From a virus (lineage: Duplodnaviria > Caudoviricetes): a stretch of 52,618 nucleotides of DNA. The stretch covers positions 1-52,618 of IMG/VR virus record IMGVR_UViG_3300026519_000002; one strand, given 5' to 3'. The position numbers and the translations under genes are program-made. Positions 46,231 through 52,618 of this stretch are shown piece by piece; position 1 is the stretch's first letter; each line of letters opens with the position of its first letter. The notes beneath the pieces were generated by a model. That model had not been told where the DNA came from, did no database searches, and worked only from the letters and a program-made list of their open reading frames with translations.

Positions 46231-48371
46231 TCGTCCCTCACCGCCGTCTCCAGGTGATCGGCGAGCTTCGAATCCGTCGACAGCTGCCGCGCGAAGCGTT
46301 GAAGATACGCCTTCGGCGTCACCACGTCGACGTCGACCGCCTCGGCCTTGAAGCGCTTGGCCGCCTTGACCACCGCCATGTCGTCGATGCCGTGTGCCCG
46401 TGTCACCTGCAACAGCGACCCGATGTATCGATCGTAGGGCCCTGGTCCCGTCAGCGGCGTCCTCAACAGCTCCTCGGTGCTGTGCCGAGCCAGCAGCTCG
46501 GTCACCGCCTCCTCGAGCTTGGCGCCAGCGCCCTGGTAGGCACCGTCAAACCCCGGGCCGCAACCGTGGATCTCTTCATGCAGCACCGCCGATAACGAGC
46601 GCGCCTCATCGGCCTCTACCACGGCTCCCCTCGCCGCCTTCGCGAGGCCCGCCCGTGCCCACGCCAGCGTTCGGGCCTGGTGGATCACATGCCCCGTCTT
46701 ACGGTTGTGAGCGGCCAAGGCGCCGTAGGCGTCGAGCCGCTGCGGCCACACCTGGATCACCGCGCGGCCGACCATGCCGCGCCAGTTGTCGCGGCTCACC
46801 ATGCCGAGCGTCCGCAGCGCTCGCTGCGTCGCCTCACGCACCGCCTCCAGGCGGTTATCGTCCAGCGCCCCGAGCAACCCAGCTCGCGCCGCCTCGACGC
46901 TCTCGTGGGCGCGCGTCAGCGGGGGCGGTGCCTCGATGACCCGCAGTCGAATCTTCCCCGCGCCACCGGCGATGTCGTCCACCACGTCGGCCAAGGCGTC
47001 CTCGGCACCAGCGATCACGTGGTACCGGTCACCGACCCGCACGGCCACAGCGCGACGGCGTATCCCCGTGCGCAGGCGCGCCGCGACCTCGTTGCCGATC
47101 ACCGTCGCCCGATCGAGCACCACCTTGCCCACGTCCACCGCCTCGGGGTCGCTGTGCGTCAACCGCACGTAGTCCTCCGGGTCGATCCCACGCTCGGCGA
47201 AGGGCGCCTTGGCGGCGGCCCGCTCGCGCTTGGTGGGGCGACGAATGCCCAAGTCGGACGGCCGGATCCGGCCTCGCCGATTCTTGTCCACGCTGTCGAG
47301 CTTCTCGAGGGCGCGCCGGACGGGCAGATCGAGGTGCTTGTCCGCGCCACGCAGCAGGCTCGCCCCCTTCGACGGGCGATCGGGTTGAGCAGGCGGTTCG
47401 CGCTCGGGGTCCGGGGGGTCGGGGTTGGCGATCCGCAGGCTCACCATCGGTGGCGGCTTGTTTGTCCACCTCGGGTCGGGCAGGTTCGGCAGCGGGCCGG
47501 TGTGGATGGTCGGCCCGTGGTCCTGCACCCACTTGTCCGAGCGACTCACGAGCCGGCACCGGCAGTTGTGCCCGAACGGCGCGGCCGTCGCCTGCCACCC
47601 GGGATCGTCGGCGCGCATGACCCAGCCGTTGACGTGCGCGTGCGTCTTGCGGGTGCGCACGTCGCGCACCGCCCGCACCTGCCACCAGGGGCGCACCGCG
47701 AGCACGTGGGGCTGCGTCATGTGGGTCATGCGGCCCCGCGCGTAGGCGCTCTGAACGGCGTTGCGGTAGACCGTCTCAGCGTGCTGGCGGCTGAGCCCCT
47801 CGGCCACCTCCTGAACGCGCAGACGCGCCCTCGCCACCCCCTCCCCGTCGGCCACCGACCGCGCGACCACGTCCTGGATCCGCGCCACCAGCGCCTCGCT
47901 CGACTGCTTGGCCACGGTGAACGCCTCGGTGCGCTCGTGGCGGGTCATCTCGTCCCAGGCCTCGCGCGTGACGGCGGTGCGCGCGCGGAACTCCTCGACC
48001 ACCTCGTGCCAGGGGCGGACGGGATCGGTGGCGCGCCCCACCCGCCGCCGGCCCTGCGGGGCGTCGCACCGGAGCGTCTCGAGGTTGCGGAACGGATCGG
48101 GCGCGTCGACGTCGTCGGTCTCAGCCTCGATCCGGCTGTCGTCGGCGCCGAGCACGGCGGCGCGCAGCACCAAACGCATCAGGCTCAGCGCGAGATCGTG
48201 CAGGTCGACGTCTTCAGCCGGGCGACCGTCGAGGACCTCCTTGAGAAGGCGCCGGTAGGCCCCCACCCCCTCCTCGAGTTCGACGGCGACCAGCGAGCTC
48301 GGCCCCCGGTCGGTGACTGCCGTCAACGCCCGCGCCGCGAGCTCATGGATCGAGCGGGCGGTGATGATCAT
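46227..48371 (-). CDS. MuF (Mu gp30) minor head protein with C-terminal ParB-like and HExxH metallopeptidase domains
   Basis: AFTVAK, ETVYRN...AY..GR, D.RTR..H, PFGHNCRCR; HEEIH...EEAVTE. Confidence 0.85.
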   Translation of the reverse strand: MIITARSIHELAARALTAVTDRGPSSLVAVELEEGVGAYRRLLKEVLDGRPAEDVDLHDLALSLMRLVLRAAVLGADDSRIEAETDDVDAPDPFRNLETLRCDAPQGRRRVGRATDPVRPWHEVVEEFRARTAVTREAWDEMTRHERTEAFTVAKQSSEALVARIQDVVARSVADGEGVARARLRVQEVAEGLSRQHAETVYRNAVQSAYARGRMTHMTQPHVLAVRPWWQVRAVRDVRTRKTHAHVNGWVMRADDPGWQATAAPFGHNCRCRLVSRSDKWVQDHGPTIHTGPLPNLPDPRWTNKPPPMVSLRIANPDPPDPEREPPAQPDRPSKGASLLRGADKHLDLPVRRALEKLDSVDKNRRGRIRPSDLGIRRPTKRERAAAKAPFAERGIDPEDYVRLTHSDPEAVDVGKVVLDRATVIGNEVAARLRTGIRRRAVAVRVGDRYHVIAGAEDALADVVDDIAGGAGKIRLRVIEAPPPLTRAHESVEAARAGLLGALDDNRLEAVREATQRALRTLGMVSRDNWRGMVGRAVIQVWPQRLDAYGALAAHNRKTGHVIHQARTLAWARAGLAKAARGAVVEADEARSLSAVLHEEIHGCGPGFDGAYQGAGAKLEEAVTELLARHSTEELLRTPLTGPGPYDRYIGSLLQVTRAHGIDDMAVVKAAKRFKAEAVDVDVVTPKAYLQRFARQLSTDSKLADHLETAVRDE

Positions 48372-50052
48372 CGGTCAGCTCGTCCGTGAGCAGGGCTTCC
48401 AGTACCGCGTCGCGTGTCCCCTGCCCCATCGAAGCGAGCGCCTCGATGGCGTCGTCGGTGAGATCGAGGCCCCGGAACTTGGCGAGCTGGCGGATGCCGC
48501 CACCCACCTCCGCGATCCATCGCGCATCGTCCGTTCCGAGGCCCGGGACCCTGTGCAAATCCTCGAGTCGCCAGGCCATCGCCGCATCGTAGGCCATGGT
48601 TGCCGCCTCAGTGGTGATCCCCGCTCGCGTCACGATCTGCGCCACCATGCGCTCGCGGTCCTCGTCGGCACGGTCCTCGGCGCCGGCGGTGCCCTCGTCC
48701 TCCTGGGTGGACGCGGCCGCCGAGGCCGCGTCCAGATCGGCCGACTCGCTGGGATCCACGACTTGGTAGCGCACCTTCCCATCCTCGTCGCGCATCCCAA
48801 CCACGTAGGCCTCATCGTCATCAGGGGCCCGCGTCCCAGATGTCTCCCGCACCTCGTCGATAGCGACCGGCACCTGCAGTGCCACTGCGCGTTCGAGGAG
48901 TCCCATTCCCTTCTCGCGGTCGCGCGGCGGATCCGTCTGCAGCGCGAAGCGAGGGGCGCACTTGACGGCGTCGTGGCCGCGATTGAGCGCCACGATGGGC
49001 ACCACCAGTTGTTCCTGGACGCGACCACTCAGACCCTCGCCGAGTCGGTGGTGGATGATGTCCTGCTCGCCCTTGGCCACGATCCCGCCAGCGCGGTTCG
49101 TGTCGTTGGTATCCGTCGTCCCGGTGTTGCCGAGCCATAGCTTCGACATCTGCTTGTCGACGTCGTCGCTGGTCATCTGGAACAGCTGTCCACTGTTCTC
49201 GTGGGGGAAAACCACGTCGAGGTCGATGTCGCGCTCGAAGCGCGCGGTGGTGTCGCGGCCGAGGGCTTCGGCCGCCTCCTCGGCCGCCTCGAGGCCCTCG
49301 GGGCTCGCGTACTCCCCGCCCTTCACGATGCGCCAGGGGACCGCGAAGAGCTCGATGAGGATCATGCGGTAGCGCCAGCTGAAGCGCTTAAAGAACGTCC
49401 AGTAGAGCGACCGCGGCGCCAATCCCTCGCGCTCGGGGTACTCCCGGAACAGCCGTGGCAGCCACCAGATGAACTTCCCAGGGACATCGGCCAACCGCAG
49501 TCCATCATCGGCAAAGTTCCCCGTTTGCTGCCAGGTATCGATGAGGCGCAGGTCGCGTGCCCGGTCAAAGCTCAGCCTGCGCGGATGGATCCAATCGAGC
49601 TGGCGCACCCACCAGGGATCACGGCCTGGGCGCTGCTCCCATTGGATCTCGTGGGCGCCCCGACCATCGTACTCCGCCCATGCCAGGTCGTAGAGCCGCT
49701 CGCCGAAGCATGGGATCTGCGTCAGCTGCGCCCGCACCAGATCGGCGAGCTCCTCGGCGAGCCCCGCGTCGATGTCCGGCCCCTTCGCCGGCGTCAGCCC
49801 CCATGGGGTGCTCTGGATGGCGCCGAAGCGCTTCACCGCCAGGGCCTGCACGTGCCCATCGAGCGACAGCGTCTCGCTCTCCAGGTCGGTGATGGCCACC
49901 ATCTGCCCGCACTCGGCCTGCCGAATGGCGTATTCGATGCGCGCCATGTCAAGGCTCCGGCCGTAGTAGGTTCGGTACTCCTCGCTGCGGGGCAGGCGCC
50001 GCGGCACGATGCGCCGCCGCAGGTCGCTGATGGTGATCTCCCTGACGCTCAC
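48343..50052 (-). CDS. Portal protein (Mu gp29/DUF935-like)
   Basis: GRGAHEI.W, FKRFSWR...IELFAVP, DKQMSK..LGNT, V..NRG. Confidence 0.9.
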   Translation of the reverse strand: MSVREITISDLRRRIVPRRLPRSEEYRTYYGRSLDMARIEYAIRQAECGQMVAITDLESETLSLDGHVQALAVKRFGAIQSTPWGLTPAKGPDIDAGLAEELADLVRAQLTQIPCFGERLYDLAWAEYDGRGAHEIQWEQRPGRDPWWVRQLDWIHPRRLSFDRARDLRLIDTWQQTGNFADDGLRLADVPGKFIWWLPRLFREYPEREGLAPRSLYWTFFKRFSWRYRMILIELFAVPWRIVKGGEYASPEGLEAAEEAAEALGRDTTARFERDIDLDVVFPHENSGQLFQMTSDDVDKQMSKLWLGNTGTTDTNDTNRAGGIVAKGEQDIIHHRLGEGLSGRVQEQLVVPIVALNRGHDAVKCAPRFALQTDPPRDREKGMGLLERAVALQVPVAIDEVRETSGTRAPDDDEAYVVGMRDEDGKVRYQVVDPSESADLDAASAAASTQEDEGTAGAEDRADEDRERMVAQIVTRAGITTEAATMAYDAAMAWRLEDLHRVPGLGTDDARWIAEVGGGIRQLAKFRGLDLTDDAIEALASMGQGTRDAVLEALLTDELTDDHHRPLDP

Positions 50053-50102
50053 GTCGACTGCTCCATGTGTCCACTCACGTGCCGTAGCCTCGCACCCCGG
50101 GG

Positions 50103-51572
50103 TCAGAACCCACCCCTAGCCGCCGAGGCGCGGCGGCCGCGCGTGCGGCTGCGCCCCAGGCTCCGCATCGCGCTCACCTCGGCGTAGGCGCCACTCGAGC
50201 CGTCGACCTGGTCGTCGTTGGCGCCGTCAGGGAACGCCACGTGCTCGTCGATGAAGGCGTGGTTCCACTTCGCCTTGACCAGCCGCACCGTGCCGAGCTT
50301 GCAGTGGGCCGACCACGGCCGCGCGCGCGTAACCTTGTCGCCCGTCGGTCGCCTCGTCCCCACGTCGTAGCCGTGCAGCTCGCGCGCGTAGTCGTCGACT
50401 TCGAACTTGCCAGCCTGCCCGGGGTCCTGCTCGAGCACCGTCCGGACGTGCTGCCACGTGTCCTTGTCCGCCTCGGCCGTGTCCTTGACGAGCTGCTGCA
50501 CGTCGTGGGGCTTGGCCCGCACCCGTACCACGTCGAGCACCCACACCAGGCGCGTCTTCTTGTGCCGGCCCATGAGCACCCCCACCGTCCAGTCCGGATC
50601 CGTCCCCTTGCGCGCCTCGGTGCCGGCGCGATCCCAGTAGCGCACCAGCGCCTCGAGCTCGGTCGGCTGCGGCGCCGTGGGTTCGAGGATGAACCAGTCC
50701 TTCTGGAAGAACAGGCCGGCCGCCGGGCGGATCATCCAATCGCCGTGGCGAAGCTGCGCGTAGGTGAGCGGATCGAGTGCCTGCAACCCCGCCGCGTACT
50801 CGCCGTCGGCCACGAGGTAGGGGTTGTCGTCGAGCAACGACCGGATGAACTGCCGCGTCCGGCTCACAGGGTGGTCGGTGGCGCAGCTCGATTGCTTCGG
50901 CGGGGGGCGGGCATCGGCGCGCCACTCGGCACCGCAGTCGACGCACTCGATGATGGTGTCGTCGTCCACCTGGTGCTCGTCTTCGCCGACGGTCACGAAG
51001 CGCAGCACCCGATCGCTGTCGACGTAGGGCCCCTCGTATTCGTCGGTGTAGAAGCCCGGCCGGTAGAGCCAGGGCGCGAAGCGCTTCAGCACCCACGCCT
51101 CGCCCGCGCCCCCGGGGTTGCTCGTGGCCCGCAGACGCAGCGGGATCCCTTCCGTCGAGCGCATGCGGCTGATAAGGTAGCGATAGGGGTAGTCAGTGGG
51201 CTGCGTCGTGAGTTCGTCCCAACCGACGAACTGGTACTCCGCGCCCTGGTACTGGTGCACGTCCTCGTCCCGGTCGAGGTAGCCAAATTCCAGCACCGCC
51301 CCGCTCGGAAACGTCCACGCGTGCTTGGTGCCGTTGTACCGGGCCCAGCCGCTCAGCAGCTGGTGGCTTCGGGGGATGAGCGTACGCTCGAGCTCGGGGT
51401 AGGCCCGGCGCAGGATGATGGCGCGGTAGCGAGGCTGCCCTACGTGCCGAACCGCTTCGGCAAGCAGGGCGTCGCTCTTGCCTCCCCCCGCTGCCCCGCC
51501 GAAGAGCACCTCGAAGGCCGGCGACCGCAGAAAGGTCTCCTGCGGCCCGGGGGTGGGGCGCCAGCCGGTCAC
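50103..51572 (-). CDS. terL: Terminase large subunit (489 aa)
   Basis: PGPQ..F, GGAAGGGKS, WDELT, TSNPGG, DNPYL, YWD.A, FPDGANDDQVD; start GTG 51572. Confidence 0.95.
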   Translation of the reverse strand: MTGWRPTPGPQETFLRSPAFEVLFGGAAGGGKSDALLAEAVRHVGQPRYRAIILRRAYPELERTLIPRSHQLLSGWARYNGTKHAWTFPSGAVLEFGYLDRDEDVHQYQGAEYQFVGWDELTTQPTDYPYRYLISRMRSTEGIPLRLRATSNPGGAGEAWVLKRFAPWLYRPGFYTDEYEGPYVDSDRVLRFVTVGEDEHQVDDDTIIECVDCGAEWRADARPPPKQSSCATDHPVSRTRQFIRSLLDDNPYLVADGEYAAGLQALDPLTYAQLRHGDWMIRPAAGLFFQKDWFILEPTAPQPTELEALVRYWDRAGTEARKGTDPDWTVGVLMGRHKKTRLVWVLDVVRVRAKPHDVQQLVKDTAEADKDTWQHVRTVLEQDPGQAGKFEVDDYARELHGYDVGTRRPTGDKVTRARPWSAHCKLGTVRLVKAKWNHAFIDEHVAFPDGANDDQVDGSSGAYAEVSAMRSLGRSRTRGRRASAARGGF

Positions 51573-51742
51573 GGCTCCTGCTCCGCCGCAAAGGCCTCGG
51601 CCTCCAACGCCTGCTCCACCCATGACTCGACGAGGCGCTCGTCCTCGATGGCGACGGCCGGATCCTCGATGGGCGCCCGCCGCCGGCGCCTCCGCTCCAT
51701 GCGCCGGCGCTCGCCGCGGCGATGGTTGGGTCGGTTGCTCAC
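51569..51742 (-). CDS. Small Arg-rich then acidic protein (57 aa)
   Basis: GTGA-coupled on both sides. Confidence 0.5.
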   Translation of the reverse strand: MSNRPNHRRGERRRMERRRRRRAPIEDPAVAIEDERLVESWVEQALEAEAFAAEQEP

Positions 51743-52545
51743 GCCGCGGCCATCTTGTCGAGCGCCGCCTCGATGAGCGCTCCGCTGCCATTGCGCACCT
51801 CGAGCCCGCACGCCGCCCGAAGCACCGTCAGCCGGCTCACCCCTGCCTGTTTGGCCACCTTGGCGTCGCCATGCGCCTTGAGCAGCGCGGCGAGCGCCTT
51901 CCGCTGTCCTTCGTTCAAGACCACGTTGGGAGAGGTGGCACGCAGCGGCGTCGCAGACCGCGCATGGTCACTTGTAACAACGCTCTGACGATTCCCCATC
52001 GCGGAATCGTTGAGGGATTCGAGGTGGAGCACGAAAAAGTTGGGCTGCTTGCCCTGGTGCCAGTCGCGGATCACCTCCACGTGCCCCGCGACCTCGAGCT
52101 GCTCGAGGGCGTAGCGCACCTGATCGCGGCTCAGGCTCGTGGCCAGCTGCAGCTGCGCGTGGCTCACCGGCTCCCCACGAGCACGCAGCAGTGCCTGGGC
52201 GACGAGCAGCTGCGTCTCGGTGAGCGCCGCGGCGCCGACCATCCCCAGCTGCTGGGCGAGCTGCCCCTGCTCGGTGAGGTGCCACTGCGCGTCGTGGCAC
52301 CACAGCGCCTCGCCCTGCGCCTGCATCCACGCCACGCAGTAGCGGGGGTCGACCGGCAGGTGCTCCTCGTCGAGGGCCCAACCGAGGATCTCCCGCATCG
52401 TCGCCGGCGCCTCGAGCAACCGCGTGCGCACCGGCTGGCTCCACGCCTCGAGGCGCGGATCGTCGCCAGCCGGCTCGAGCTCGAGCCACCGATGCGGCGG
52501 CCGCATTCGCTGCCGCGGGCCTTGGCGTCGGCGACGGCGGGTCAT
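51739..52545 (-). CDS. Multi-HTH DNA-binding protein
   Basis: wHTH (LQLATSLSRDQVRYALEQLEVAGHV) and C-terminal HTH (VAKQAGVSRLTVLRA). Confidence 0.7.
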   Translation of the reverse strand: MTRRRRRQGPRQRMRPPHRWLELEPAGDDPRLEAWSQPVRTRLLEAPATMREILGWALDEEHLPVDPRYCVAWMQAQGEALWCHDAQWHLTEQGQLAQQLGMVGAAALTETQLLVAQALLRARGEPVSHAQLQLATSLSRDQVRYALEQLEVAGHVEVIRDWHQGKQPNFFVLHLESLNDSAMGNRQSVVTSDHARSATPLRATSPNVVLNEGQRKALAALLKAHGDAKVAKQAGVSRLTVLRAACGLEVRNGSGALIEAALDKMAAA

Positions 52546-52618
52546 CGCTCACGCCCCTCTTCGCCGGCTGGGACAAGTGCGGGATCCCACGGTGTCACGA
52601 CGCTCGGCGTAGGTCAGC
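52492..52618 (+). repeat. Terminal direct repeat, copy 2 (assembly circular overlap)
   Basis: Identical to 1-127. Confidence 0.95.

Noticed and set aside
29057-50052. Transposable Mu-like phage or eCIS/tailocin
   Set aside because: No DDE transposase or MuB; head, terminase and integrase genes are present.
52492-52618. Biological terminal repeat or LTR
   Set aside because: Exactly 127 bp and cutting through coding sequence; best explained as assembler overlap.

Overview
The window is a complete, circularly assembled genome of a temperate, contractile-tailed phage (about 52.5 kb unique, roughly 70% GC by eye). Positions 1-127 are repeated exactly at 52492-52618, which is an assembler overlap. 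The modules are: (i) a leftward replication operon (AEP-type primase, PriCT-helicase, VRR-NUC nuclease, SF2 helicase, sigma-region-4 and DnaA-C-like regulators); (ii) an immunity region with two near-identical leaderless sigma70 promoters, TGAC-N4-GTCA operators, an XRE HTH gene, a frame-disrupted ImmA-like gene and a lipoprotein; (iii) a rightward early operon (ParB, ERF annealase, exonuclease, SSB, SMC-like ATPase) ending in a tyrosine integrase whose attP, a tRNA-fMet 3' half, lies inside its own ORF; (iv) a lysis cassette; (v) Mu-like head, neck, sheath/tube and baseplate genes with a terminase but no transposase. The host is probably Myxococcota (inference). The standout is a complete two-component system translationally coupled inside the lysis operon: a membrane histidine kinase plus a receiver domain fused to a holin-like coiled coil/TM tail, next to an esterase-CHAP endolysin. 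This suggests signal-controlled lysis. A MuF-ParB-like-metallopeptidase fusion with a candidate immunity ORF is also notable. All product calls come from motif reading; no database searches were run.
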